The notes beneath the pieces are model-generated. The model did not search any database. It was given only the letters and a program-made list of their open reading frames with translations, and had not been told where the DNA came from. A stretch of DNA of 64,000 bases, from positions 7,768,931-7,832,930 of the forward strand of contig MU057340.1 of NCBI GenBank assembly GCA_013239625.1, given 5' to 3'. This stretch comes from Lama guanicoe. Lineage: Eukaryota. Below are positions 50,591 to 63,404 of the stretch, piece by piece (the stretch's first letter is position 1; the number at the start of each line of letters is the position of its first letter). A program made the translations under genes and the position numbers.

Positions 50591-52179
50591 GTGTTTTGTT
50601 ATTACAAAAAAGCTATTATAATTATTCATGTATAAATATTTGGGTGAATAAAAGCTTTCATTTCTCCCAAGCAAAGAGTGGGATGATGACGTTATATGGT
50701 CAGTAGGTGTTTAACTTTTTCAGAAACTGCCAGTCTCTTCCATTCGTTCTCACTAGCAGTGTGGGAATGTTCCGGTTACTTGGCATCCTTGTCAACACTT
50801 GGTATGTTCAGCCTTGTTAATTTTAAACATTCTAATCAGTGTGTAGAAGTATTTTACTGTGGTTTTAACTTGCATTTTCCTAGTGCTTTATGAAGTTATG
50901 TACCTTTTCATGTACTTGTCATCTGAACATTTTATTTGGTGAGATGTCTGTTCACATCTTTTGCCCAGTTTTTAGAACTGGCTTGTCTGTCTTCTTATAA
51001 TTAACTTGTAAAAGTTCTTTATATATTCAGGAAAAAGGCTTTTGCTAGATAGATGCTCAGCAACAATGTTATTGCAGCCTGTGGCTAGTCTTTTCATTTT
51101 CTTAACGTGTCTTTTGAAGAAAACAAATTTTTAAGTCAATGAAGTCTTATGTGTTGATTCTTTTCTTCTATATTTCATATTTTTAATGTTGTGCTTAAGA
51201 CATTTTTTCCAAACTGAAGTTTATTAAGATTTTTTTCCTGTTTTCTTCCCTAAGCTTTCTATTTTATAATTTTAGCTCTTACATTTAAGTTTATCCATTT
51301 TGAGGTAATTTTTGGCATCAAGTAAGAGTTAAAAGTTTTGGGGATTCTGTTTGTTTGTTTTGACTTTTTTTTGCATAAATCTATCCAATTATTCCAACAC
51401 CATTTGCTGAAAAGATTTTCCTTGGCATTGTTGTTGAAAATCAATTCCATAAATATGAGATCTAGTTCTGAATTTTCAATTCTGATTCATTGTCATACAT
51501 GCCTATTTTTTGTCTGAACCTCACTCTCTTGATAACTGTAATTTCATGATAAATCTTGAAATCAATGATTAAGTCTTCTAAGTTTTCTCTTTTTAAATGT
51601 TTCTTTGGCTATTTTTGGTTATTTGCATTTCCACATTAAGTTTAGAATCAGCTTATCTAGTTTTGTAAATAACAAACTTACTGGGATTTTGATTGGGATT
51701 ATGTTTAATATATAGATCAAAGCAACCTTTGCTGTAATAGCCCCAAACTGGAAACAATGCAAGTATTTGTCCAAAGATTGATGAATAAACAAATTGTAAT
51801 ATCTCCATGTGATGGAATATCACTCAACAATAAAAAAACAAACTTTGGAGACATACAAAAACATGGAGAATCTCAAAATTATTATGCTAATTGAGAAAAT
51901 CCAGACCAAAAAAAATGTATGTTGTATGATTCCATTTATATAAAATTTTAGAAACTGCCATAATTTATAGTGGCAGAAAATACATCAGTGGTTACATGGG
52001 GGTGAGTGCTGGGTTGGGGAGGAAAAAGAGAAGGAGTACAAAGGGATATGGAGAAATTTTTAGGAGTGATGGATATGATTACTACTTTTATCATGGTGGT
52101 GGTTTGAAGCTTAGCAAAGTTTACATTTCAAATATGTGCAGTTCGTTATATGTCATCATTTAATAAATCTGTTAAAAAA
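50591..52179. mobile_element. Old L1 (L1MB/MC-like) with 5' inversion: minus segment 50591-51720 joined to plus segment 51721-52179
   Basis: Strand switch at 51720/51721. The plus part runs tgtaatagccccaaactggaaac..aataaatctgttaaaaa. Confidence 0.75.
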
Positions 52180-52989
52180 TCTGATAGCAATGAATTTTTA
52201 TTTATCCTTTCCCCCCATTGGCAGTACTGTGTAGTATAGGGATGATTGTAGGCACCTTTGTTTTGTTCCAGACTTCAATGAATAACTGCCGTTTCATAAG
52301 GACTTCCTTCCCTTTTTTCCTTTTCTTCTTCTCTTCTCCCTCCCTCCCCTTTTCTGTCCATTTCTCTCTGTCTCTCCATAGATTTGTGTTAAAGTCTATC
52401 AAGTTAAAGGGGCTCCAAGATCAATAATTTTACTTTATTTTATTTTTTATCAGGAGTAAATGTTGAAGTTTACAACTGCTTTTCTTTTTTAAATTATTGT
52501 AGTTTTTTTAATTCTAATTTTGTTCATGTAAAGGATAATATTCATATATATGAATATATATATAGTCTAAATATCTTTGCATTTTTTAGATAAACCTTAG
52601 TCTTGAAACGTTTTTGTACTTAAAATAATTAAGTTTTATATGCTACAGTTTTGTTTGGGATTTTTTGGCATGAATGATCATAAGTGGGATTGATCAATAT
52701 TATTTTCTTGCCCATGTTTTTCCAGTGTTGATGTCAAGGGTGGGCTCATAAAATGTGTTGGGACACTTTCCTGTTTTTTACATTTTCTGAAACAATTTAT
52801 ACAATATAGAGCTTATCTGCTCTATGAAGGTTCCTAAAACCTTATCTAAAAATCTCCTATTACTGTCATTTAGGGCTAAGCTGTAAGCTGTGAGATGTGA
52901 GGTGACACAGATATTTACAGATTCAATTACTTTAATGATTATGAGTCATCTAGATTTTTTCTTCACTCATTAGTCAATTTCTTTTGAAG

Positions 52990-53401
52990 ACTTTATTTTT
53001 TTTAGAGCAGTTTAAAATTCATAGCAAAATTGAGTGGAAATTACAGCTATTTCCTAAACCCCCCCCTGCCCCCCCACATGCATAGCCTCTCTCATTATCG
53101 ACAGCCCCCACCAGTGTGGCACATCTGTTACAGCTGGTGAACCCGCACTGACACATCATAACACCCAAAGCCCATGGCTTGCTTATATGATGTAGTGTAT
53201 CCTGTGGGTGTGAACAAATGTGTAATGACATGTATCCGTTATTATAATATCATACGGATTATTTTCACTGCAGGAAAAATATTCCATGCTCTGCCCATTC
53301 ATCCCTCCTTCCACAGCCCTTTGCAATTAATGACCTTTTTTACCGTCTCCACAGTTTCGTCTTTTCCAGGATGTCATATAGTTAGAATCATACCGAATAT
53401 A
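52990..53401 (-). mobile_element. L1MC-like 3' end
   Basis: ttagagcagtttaaaattcatagcaaaattgagtggaa..cccaccagtgtggcacatctgttaca..acaaatgtgtaatgacatgtatcc. Confidence 0.8.
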
Positions 53402-53535
53402 NNNNNNNNNNNNNNNNNNNNNNNNNNNNNNNNNNNNNNNNNNNNNNNNNNNNNNNNNNNNNNNNNNNNNNNNNNNNNNNNNNNNNNNNNNNNNNNNNNN
53501 NNNNNNNNNNNNNNNNNNNNNNNNNNNNNNNNNNN
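53402..53535. other. Assembly gap (134 N)
   Basis: Run of N. Confidence 0.97.
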
Positions 53536-55680
53536 TTCTGAGTCAATTTTTGTAATCTATGTTTTCCAGACAGTTTACTATTCTAAGTTTTAAACTTTAT
53601 TTTTAAGATATTCATAATATATGTATTTCTCTGTATGTGTTAATAATATACACAATATATAATATATGTATATAACATACATATATGCATGCGTATACAT
53701 ACATAGAGAAAAAGAGAGAAAAAATCTCTGTTACATCTATAACTTTGTCTTATTTGTAATTCCTAATGCCATTTTCTTGTGTTTTCTACTGCTTGCTTAA
53801 CTAGGCTAGCTAAAATTTGTCTAATTTAAAAGAACCAAATTTTGCTTTTATTGCTGTGTTTGTTAGTACATTTTCTAATCTGTTAGTTTCTGTTCATATC
53901 ACTATTTATTTCTTCTTTCTACTTAATATTTTTATACTTTTCTAATTTCTTGAACTGAACACATCATTCTTTTCAATAAATACACTTAAGGCTATACATT
54001 TCTCTCTAAGCACAGCTTTAGCATCATTTTATAATATTAAATATCTTTGTCTTCCTGTGCTAAATCTGGGTTAAGTCCTCAGAACTAGCCTGCATTTCAA
54101 AGTTTGCTATTTGTGTCCAATCTAGACTTTATTCTTGAAGTCTTGTTTATTAAGTCGTGTTTGAATGACTTCACTTATCATTGCCAAGGTTTCTAACTGG
54201 TTATTATTTTTTGATCTAAATTTGTGAAAAATATTTTTGGTGGGAGGAAAATTCTAGGTTGAACATCTGCTCTCAACATTTTAAGATGCTATTTTATTGG
54301 TGTTTTCTTTTCTTTTTCAGTTTTATTAGGCAGAATATTTTATTGGTGTTTTATTGTTAGCCTTCAGTCTTATTATTGATCTTTTGAAAGTAGCATATTT
54401 TCCCTCTGCTCCTTCTGCTTGCCTTATTTTTTTTTAATCTCTCTGTTTTTTAGCCACTTGACTATGACAAATCTAAGTTTGGTTACCTTTGTGTTTACAA
54501 TGCTTAGAGTTTCTGAATCTGTGAGTTGGTATCTCTCATCAGCCCTGCAAAGTTTTCTCTACAATAATGTCTATTTTTATTCTCTCTCTCTTCCTTGTGG
54601 GACTCCAGTTACATGCACCTTTGTCCTTTACATTATTTCCCACGTCTCTTGTATGCTGCTATGATTTCCCATCTACTTTTCCCCTAAACTTCAGTTTGCA
54701 TATTTGCTATTCACTTATCTTCAAGTTCCTATCTGCCATTCTTAACTATGGATGTTGTATTTTGAAGTTCTAGAATGCTCATTTTCATAATTCACATATC
54801 TAGTAATTTTTTATTATATACCAGGTATTTTACTAAAAGGAGTTTGTAGAAGCTCTGGATAATATATTCTACCAGCAAAGGTTTCCTGTCTTAGCTTTTA
54901 GGCAGATCTATAAGGATGAGACCATGTTAATCTAATCAGAGTTTGAGCCAGGTTGGGGCTGGGTTGTAGTTTTAGTTAAGATTCATCTCACTCACTTCTG
55001 TTTCTTCTCTTTTTCTTGGAAATGTTCCTCCTGAGCTTTTGATTGATAGCCTGGTGGGTTTCTGTCTCCTCCATCTTAAAACACTAGAGAATATTCAGAC
55101 TCATCCTTCAGAGGTTTGCTCTTTTGCTCCTTCCAAATTTGGCAAATCTCTTGAGGAGGAATGAGCATGTGTTTGAGGTCAGCCATACTCTTCAAGCAGG
55201 ATCATTTCTTCTCAATATTTTGAAATCAGCTGGTATTTCCCACCTTGTGAAAGCTCTACACCCTTTGATACAGCCCTAAATTTTGAAAATGAACCATTGG
55301 GAAATCAAATTGTGCATTAATGGCCCCCAAGGTTTCCAAATTGTTATGCCAGCTCTGCACAACCTCCAAAAGCTTTGCTCATTTCTCTTTCCTTTAACAA
55401 ATCCCTTTGTGTTGGTTGAGTCTGATCCTCAAACCAAATCCCAAATCAGCAAATGTGCCCAGGGGAAAAAAGCAACCAATAATTAACTCCTCGCATCAGA
55501 AGGACTCTCCTCTCCTATGAAATTTTAATCCATTTATTTCTTTGTTTCTACAACTCTCCAATCTTTACAAATATGATATTTTTGGCAATTTATCTAGATT
55601 TTTAGCTGTTGCAGTAAAATCAGTGGCCTGCTACCACCTAATACATGTTTCATAATCATATTTTTAAGTAATTTTCAGAT
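53536..55680 (-). mobile_element. Ancient L1M internal/5' fragments
   Basis: T-rich, with aaagaaccaaattttgcttt, ttctctctaagcacagctttagc and gggactccagttacatg motifs. Confidence 0.65.
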
Positions 55681-57917
55681 TTCTCTCTTATGTTCATTTC
55701 ATTTGGGCTGAAAACAAATCTAATTTGATTTCTGTTAACCTGCCATTTTTGATCATTTTTCCTCCTGTATTTTGGGATTTTGGTTTGCAAGTTCATCTTG
55801 AATAAGATTTTTTTTTCTTTTTTGCCTTCTCTCTCTTTGCTTGTCGCTTGGTGTTTAGTAGCTTTATAGTTACATCTCTGTCTCCTCCTGGGATGCCCCA
55901 GATCAGGACTGAGTTTTATGTGGTGGTTTGGTGTATCCAGGAAGACAGCACTTCTCACTGTCATATTTGTGGGCTCAAGAACCTCAGTGTCACACAAGCA
56001 GGCTTGGATCAGTCAACTTTTCAGTGTGTAGTTTTGAATTCCATCCAAAATTTGTAACTAAAAGGCCTCCCCACTTCCTAAACAAAGGAAAGAGAAACGA
56101 AGTCTCTATGTGCCCTCAATCCATAATGAGGTATATCTAACATGTATCACATACTAGGCACCCGACCAGACCTCTCTTACCACTGTCATCAAGGAATAAA
56201 GGGCCAGAGCCTTCAAGCAAATTTATATTTCTTTTTATCTGTGGCCAATGGGTAAAAATGCTCAGCTATCCTTAATTTTTATATCTGACTTTGAATCACT
56301 CATCCTTCATCAGTCAGGTATTTACTGAGAGTGGCCCTGTGATTAGGCTGTGTCTCCTACGCACTGGCAGAGAGATCCCAGACATCATCTATTCAGGAAC
56401 CTTTCATGTTGCTCTCCTAAAAATATCTCCCCAGCTCTCTTGACTACTATGCAAGTATGGTATGCCCATCACTCTTCTCTTTTTGTGGGGAGCTCATGTT
56501 ATAGTCAACTATCTTACCAGGTTTTTTAAAGAGTTTAATTGCCTTAATATATTGGAAGAGATGTGTTTAACCCTGATTTAGAGGGGACTAAAGCAAGCAC
56601 GAGAGGGAGCTATCCAGAGCAGGGTATCTATGAGACCCATGAAAATGCCCTGGGTTGTCAAGAGATGGTGGGAGATCATTTAATTGTGATTGACAGGAGA
56701 AAAAAAATTAGGTTGGGAAGGAGGATGATTCTAAAATGAAAAGCTGAGAAACACAGTTGTGCAGAGGAACATTTCTGACTTGGAGAATCTGAACATACAT
56801 CCGGTATACAGACCAATGTGGAGATGCCTGTAGAATTGGGCAAGTCAGAGAACCCCCTTAAAGGGAGCCCAGAGTGGGTGGAAGCAGTGTGGGTGCAGAC
56901 CTGGTGCCTCGCACAGACACAGGTGTCCATGATCTGGGAATCACGATGTCAGAATTGCTGGGCGGTTCACTTCCTACAGCTTCTCCGCAGCTGCCTGACT
57001 TAAGGCACAGCTGACCTCAGCATGAACAATGGGAATATTTCAAGAATGCCATGCATGCTTTAAGGAAACTGAATCTGGTAGAAAAGGTATCTTCCAAAGT
57101 GTCTTACAGACAGGAATGGGGACTAGTCTGGGTCAAATGCTCCCAGATGCAAATAATGTCCCAGAAACATAATAAAAACAAGCTCGAAATGTTACCATAT
57201 TTGTCTACTCCTTAATTAATCTGTTCACTTTTTTTTCATTGGGTTATCAAATACTCATTGAGTGGGGTCTCTGTGTCACACACTATGCTAAGTGCTAGAC
57301 ATAAAGATGGACAAAATACAGCCTTTGTTCTCTCTGAGCTCACAGCCCATTGGAGAAGACGGACAAGTAAATAAGGAAGCATGGAGAAGAGAGGCAAGTC
57401 CCCAAAATGTCCCTGGCAGCCAGGAATGCCAGGAACCCAGGAACACTGAGCTGCTGAAGTCTCACCTAGAAGCCCAGAGTATGCTGCTTCTCTCATGCTT
57501 GCCCTGAGGAGAGATGAATAGACCCTTTCTTTCACAACATGAGAAGGAAATGTACAAATGTGAGGAACAGCTACATCTTGGGAACAAGCAGTGCTGGGAA
57601 GCTCAGAGTTTATGTCTTCATTAGAAAACCAACACTCCCTGCCTCCATCCTCTTACCCCCACCTTCCCACCAACAGGAAAGACAGTGGATGAGCAAGTAT
57701 GAGGCATACAGAACCTGTGGGAACTTGAACTTGGCTGTCAAAGACATTCATCCAGACATACAATGCCTTGGTTTGGTAGTTTAGGAACTCAGACTAGGAT
57801 GGGCTCACTGACTTGCAGGATCCGGATGGAGTGAGTACTAAAAACAATCCTCCACTATCATAAAGAACATGGTTCATGAGCATATATTGTACCCCTTCAT
57901 TAAGAAAAACCTACCAG

Positions 57918-58099
57918 TTTGTATTCTATGTCTGTGAGTCTGTCTCTGTTTTGTATTTATGTTTTCTTTTCTTTTTTTAAAATTCCACATATGAGCGAGT
58001 TCATATGGTATTTTTCTTTCTCTTTCTGGCTTACTTCACTGGAATTTGACACAACATTGTAAAAATGACTATAACTCAATAAAAAATGTTTAAAAAAAA
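57918..58099. mobile_element. Young L1 3' end with 5' inversion and internal deletion
   Basis: Inverted part 57918-58040 (reverse: gaagtaagccagaaagagaaagaaaaataccatatga..). Forward part actggaatttgacacaacattgtaaaaatgactataactcaataaaaaa. Near-identical TSD at 57905-57917 and 58094-58106. Confidence 0.88.
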
Positions 58100-58209
58100 C
58101 TACCAGAAAAACATAAATATTCTAATGTTTTTGTTAATATAACATTGAAATATCTGTATAGTCACAAATATCCCAAGGTTGAGCATGGTGTAGAAAAATA
58201 TTTGCTGTC

Positions 58210-58400
58210 ATTTCTTGGGATATTACTATGTGATATGTACTGTGTTAAGTGCTTTATAGGCATAATCTCATTTAATCCTTGCCTTTTATTATTATGCTTA
58301 TTTTACATATTAGGAAACTGAGGTTCAGTGAGTTCTTCACTTGCCCAAAGTCACACAATTTATGATTAGTAGATGCCGGATTTCAAACCTGGATTGTTTT
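58210..58400 (-). mobile_element. MIR SINE
   Basis: tctcatttaatcctt..aggaaactgaggttcag..cttgcccaaagtcacaca..ggatttcaaacc. Confidence 0.85.
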
Positions 58401-58773
58401 CTTCCAATAAACTCTTCTTTCTTTTAAAACATCTATGCTTTTTAACTGAATATGGTCTTGTTGATTGATGACTGGATTGATTCATGATATTATAAGTTTT
58501 TAAAAAGAGGTTACCTTAATACTGACCTTAGTTGTTTTCATGTTAAAGTACACTCTACTGGACTATGGGTGACTTTGTGTTCATAGTCAAGGGATGTCAC
58601 GTGGCAGCCAGCACAGGGCTGGACACACTCCAGGTACTCACAACTGGAGTAAAATGTCCATCATTTCAGACTGGCTTACTCAGTTTAGGGCTGGCCTCTA
58701 GCCTCTGCATATCCTTCCTTCTTTGTCTTTTAGAGAAAGCCTGGACCATTATTCATTGTTTTTTTTTTGAGAG

Positions 58774-58850
58774 TTTTTTAAAAATATTTTTTATTGCGTT
58801 ATAGTCACTTGACAATGTTGTGTCAAATTCCAGTGTAGAGCACAATTTTT
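58774..58850 (-). mobile_element. Very short young L1 3' end
   Basis: Reverse: aaaattgtgctctacactggaatttgacacaacattgtcaagtgactataacgcaataaaaaa. Same family as the copies at 9961 and 58037. Confidence 0.88.
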
Positions 58851-60116
58851 TGAACTTTTAAAGTGTAGTAAGTATTGAAGCCCTACTGCACCAGGGATTA
58901 GGCCCAGGGGTATGAAGCAAACTAGGGCATGGTCCTTTAACAAAGTCACAGATGAGTTGGAGAGCAGGTACCTAAGCAATTGCAATGCAAAGTTCATGCT
59001 GGATTGCAGGCGCAACTAAGCCTCTGCTGGAGCACAGAGGCCATCTGGAGGGGTTGAGGGCAACTCTCTGAAGAGATGGTCATTGTTGAGGCCATAATGG
59101 CTGGAAGACCCTGCAAGCAGAATGAACAGCGTGCTCAAGGGTCTAGAGGTGAGAATGTGGTGACTCCTGGGAAGTGAGAGATTTATCATGAGCAGAGTGT
59201 TCTCGGCAAAGGGGATAATGCTGAAGGATGAAGCTGAGGAATAGGCAAGGGACACCTTACAAAGGGCTCAGAAATGTGGAGTTTACTGACTAAAAGACAA
59301 AGCAAACGAGATTGAGGACTTATCTGTCACATCCAAATGTCCCCAGACAGCAGGAAACTTGACATTATCACTTCTCTCCCTTACCTGAGCTTCCTAAAAT
59401 GTTTCTTTCTTGAGAAATCCCCTCTAGGAACAGGTATCTGCCCATCTACCAGCCAAATGCACCCCCTCCCCTCTGCAGACTGGCCCTACAACATGTTAGC
59501 GGGGTTGGAGGGGGTGCAAGGCGAGCTGCAGCCCCAAATCTCCCCAGGGTGGGGCTAGTGAGGGCAGGGCAGCCACCAGCATTGGCCTCCCCAAGGCTCG
59601 CCCAGCAAATGGTTTTCTCCAGGCCTAATTAAGGATGACTTGATGTCTGCACAGCTACACTTAAGCCTTTGTTGGCTTGCTTATTGTTTCCATTGGCGTG
59701 ACAAGGCTTAGATGCTTTATTCTGGGTGTCTCAGCCAAGTGCCAAAGGGAAAGAAATTTTTTTAAAAAATCACTACTTTCATTCACTAAACATGCCCATT
59801 TACTTGTTCTTCTATTTTATTGCATTAGTCATTGCTATAAACCCAGCGTGGTCTACTTTCTTTCCCCCTTTAATGATAGTAACATTCCAGAGCCAGGCAA
59901 GCGCTCCAACCACAAGACAGACCTATAGCACATATCCAGAGATGTTGGTTAAAATTCCCACCAACAGCCCCTCCAGATTCATCCTTAGAGGCTCCCAGCC
60001 CTAGGAAACCTTTGTTACTTGGCTCTTTGGAGCACCTCTGGGAGATCACTGAGACTGTGATCTCATTCATTATCATTTTGGTGAAGGTATAGACCATATT
60101 CTTTCTTTCCAAAAAC

Positions 60117-60262
60117 TAGAATTGTCCGATTTAGCAAATGCAAGTATAAGACACTCTAAACTTGAGTTTCAGATAAACAACAAATAATTGTGTAGTATCA
60201 GTATGTTCCATACACTGTTTGGAACAGACTTATACTAATATACCATTTAATCTGGCAACACT
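60117..60262. mobile_element. MER53 hAT MITE (palindromic, miR-1302-type core)
   Basis: gatttagcaaat..gagtttcagataaacaacaaataatt..tagtatcagtatgttcca..tggaacagacttatacta..atctggcaacact. Confidence 0.85.
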
Positions 60263-60439
60263 GCCACTAACTCAACTCTATGGATGGATGCCATATCAGC
60301 GCTAAGCAATGCTAGGTGCCAAGGAGTCAGCATGAGTCAGACACAGCTTCCCCCCTTCAGGGATTCAAAGGCTAGTGAATCTGAAACTAAATAAACAACC
60401 AATAAAAATAAACCCAACACCAACAAGACAGCTTACAGT

Positions 60440-62830
60440 CAAATACTCACACGTGCACAAACACAAACTATAGCCGGATCTCATTTATGAGTTTGAATAT
60501 TCATAAAAGTGTGAACTGATGAAATGTTAGCAGTAGGAGAGGATTCAGGACTACAGAAAATAAGAGCAATATGCTTCAGCAATTAGGAATCAACCTTGGA
60601 ACGTATTAGGGAGTCCAAAAATGTAAATATCTACTAATAAAATGCATCACTTATTATGTCAAAAATTAATGATATCAACATGTACTAAAAAGGAACTTCA
60701 CCAAGCAAATATTTATTCCTGAAATTAAAAAAAAGCACTTAGGAAAAACAGGAATATTTAGACCAATTCCTTGATATGATAAAGAAGTAACATTTATTCC
60801 TAATTATGAGGGTAACAACAAAAAAGGTCATAGAAAAGCAGGAATAAATAAATACTTCTGTGTGTGTGTTCAAATCACAAGTCAGTGTCACACTTAGTGG
60901 TGACTAGTAGAAATGTTTTCGTTAAAGCCAAGAATGAAACAAAGATGATATTATAATTAGTATTTAATACTTTACTAGAAGCATTAACTATTATCATTGG
61001 ACTAAAGAAAAAAATAAGAGATATAAATACTTAAAAGAAAATGACAAATTGTTATTTTTAGATAATATAATTATGGACCCAGAAAATCTAATTTTAAACT
61101 GTTAGAAAAAAAATTCAACATTAACAGAAACATAAAGAGAAAAACATAAACATAAAGAGAAAAAATTCAATAGGATTTTCATAGGAAGCTTAACACCTTT
61201 CTCTGTGGAGAAACAAGAATCAGAAAATACAATGGTTTAAAAATTCCACTGATAATCGCAACCAAAAATAGAGCATTTATAAGTAAACTTAATTTAATAT
61301 ACATGCAGGTCTTAAAAGTAGGAACCTTTGAGTCTCAAAAATAGTCATGTGCCAATAAACAATGCAATGAATTCTTGGATAGAAAGCCTCAACTTTGTAA
61401 AGCTATCAATTTTTTTTCAAAATTAATCTGTAAACTGCAATCTTATTAAAATATCAAGAGGGTTTTCTTTTTTTAACTTGACAATGTTATGTGCTATTTA
61501 TCTGGAAAAAGAAATATCAAAACTTTTAAAAAAGAAGAAGAATGAGAAGAGATCAGTTTTACTAGATATTAAAATGCATTATGTAGTTAATAAGTCACAT
61601 ACTTTGGACCTGATGAAAACAATTTTAGTAAAGAAAAAACAATGGCATAGAATGAAGGGAACAGAAAGAGACACAGATATATGTGGGTACTAAATAGAAG
61701 ATAAAGCAACATTTAGAATCAGTTGGAAAAAGAGAAATTATATTTTTTAATGGTTTTGGGATAATTGCTTAGAAAAATCAGCTGGATTACTCCTTTCAGA
61801 AAAATATATTACAGTTGGACCAAAGATTTAAACATATAAAACACAGAGCTCTGTAAGTTTCAGAAAACAAGAAGTATAAGAAGCTTTTATAAAGCAGATA
61901 CATAATTTAGAAATCATAGGAGTATAGAATTGCAATGTTGATGTAAAAACTTAAAGCATGTGTAAGCAAAATTACATACAGGAAGCAAAAAGATAGAAAA
62001 AGAGGAAAAATAATTGTTAGCAAAGAGCTCATAAAAATCAATACCAAAAAAAGAATTACAATCCAATCAAAAAATGTATGAGGCTTGTGAATAGGCCACC
62101 AGTAGATAAAGAATGAATGATTTCTCTTATAATTTATTAAGAGCAACAGTAATTTTGTTAACTTATCAGATGGTCCAAAATTGAAAGATCCGATGATCTG
62201 TGGAGAAGTTGGTTTTATGCGCCATTGATGGGGATTCATGTTGGAATAATGTTTCTAGAAGACAATTTGGTAACATCTATATGCTTGATCCCTTTGACAG
62301 CTCAGATCACTTGTAGGGATTTATCTTTTGAATCCATGTATATTTTTGTAAACATTTGCCAAAAAAAGATGTACAAGGTTATTCACTATAGTATTGTTTG
62401 TAATTTGGGGAGAGAGGAAAGTGGAAACAAAGTGCCCATCAGTAGGGAACTCATGAAAACTTTCATGGGATAGCTGTATGTATCATGCAAGCAATGAAAA
62501 GAGTGAGATGTGAGGTTCATGCTTATGTGGAAAGATCTACACAAAGAAGTGTGATTAGAGTGAAAACATCAAACGGAGATGAATGCTGTATAATAGTCCC
62601 TCGTGGAAGTAAATATTTTATATATGTATAATATGCCAATATATTATGTCAAAATATGTTTTATATATATATATATATATAAACAGAGAGAGAGAGCTAT
62701 GATATTTGGATACTGGTAAATCCATGCTTTTTTTGTAAGAACAACAGCTGGTAGTTGTGTGACCATTTAGAGTCAGAAGACGGGGCAGGTGACCTTGCAT
62801 TTCCGCCTTTCTCCATGCTTTAAATTTCCT
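60440..62830 (+). mobile_element. Ancient L1 (L1ME-like) ORF2 to 3' end, degenerate
   Basis: A-rich, with aagccaagaatgaaacaaagatg, aacaatggcatagaatg, gacaatttggtaacatctat and tggaaacaaagtgcccatcagtaggg. Confidence 0.8.
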
Positions 62831-63404
62831 AAACATGCCCACGTAGTGCTTTGCATTTTTCCCCTATGCCAACTGGTGCTACCTGGGGCTGTGAGATTAA
62901 AAGTTATTTCTTGATTTTTTTAAATTGTCTTGGCTTTTAAAAATCAGATTCGTTTTACTTAAGACACAATGTGATGACAGCAGTACGTAGGGCTCAGAGC
63001 CATTGTCCAGGTTCTGTAACACCACGTGCACCCAAGCTCATGACCATTCCCTCGCCCCACCTCCCCCTCCTGGCAGCACAGCTCAGGGTCTCATTCTCTT
63101 AGGCTTCCTTCCTCGCTTCTGCGCCACCCTCCACATCCCTAACCTCTAGCTCAGGTCCCAGCGCAAATGGAGAATCGCTCCAGTGGTTTTAACTGGACCC
63201 AGTCATGGCTTCAATCTCTTACATCTGCCAGCCTTCTGGACACCCTTTCTTTGGCCACCAGTGCAGAGTTGAAGTCTCCCTTGCTTGCGTGGAGCTGGCC
63301 TGCCCCACGCTGGTCCTCCCTGAGTGATGACGTCCCATGCTGCCTGTCTTCCCAGGGAGGCTGCATGACCAGATAGCGCCCGACTTGAATGGAGGTCAGT
63401 GTCA

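Noticed and set aside
54321-54336. 16-nt resemblance (attctgcctaataaaa) to the recalled beta-globin 3'UTR
   Set aside because: Too short and dominated by AATAAA, and the downstream sequence does not continue the match.
61128-61164. 20-bp-period direct repeat aaacataaagagaaaaa
   Set aside because: Slippage duplication in A-rich decayed L1.
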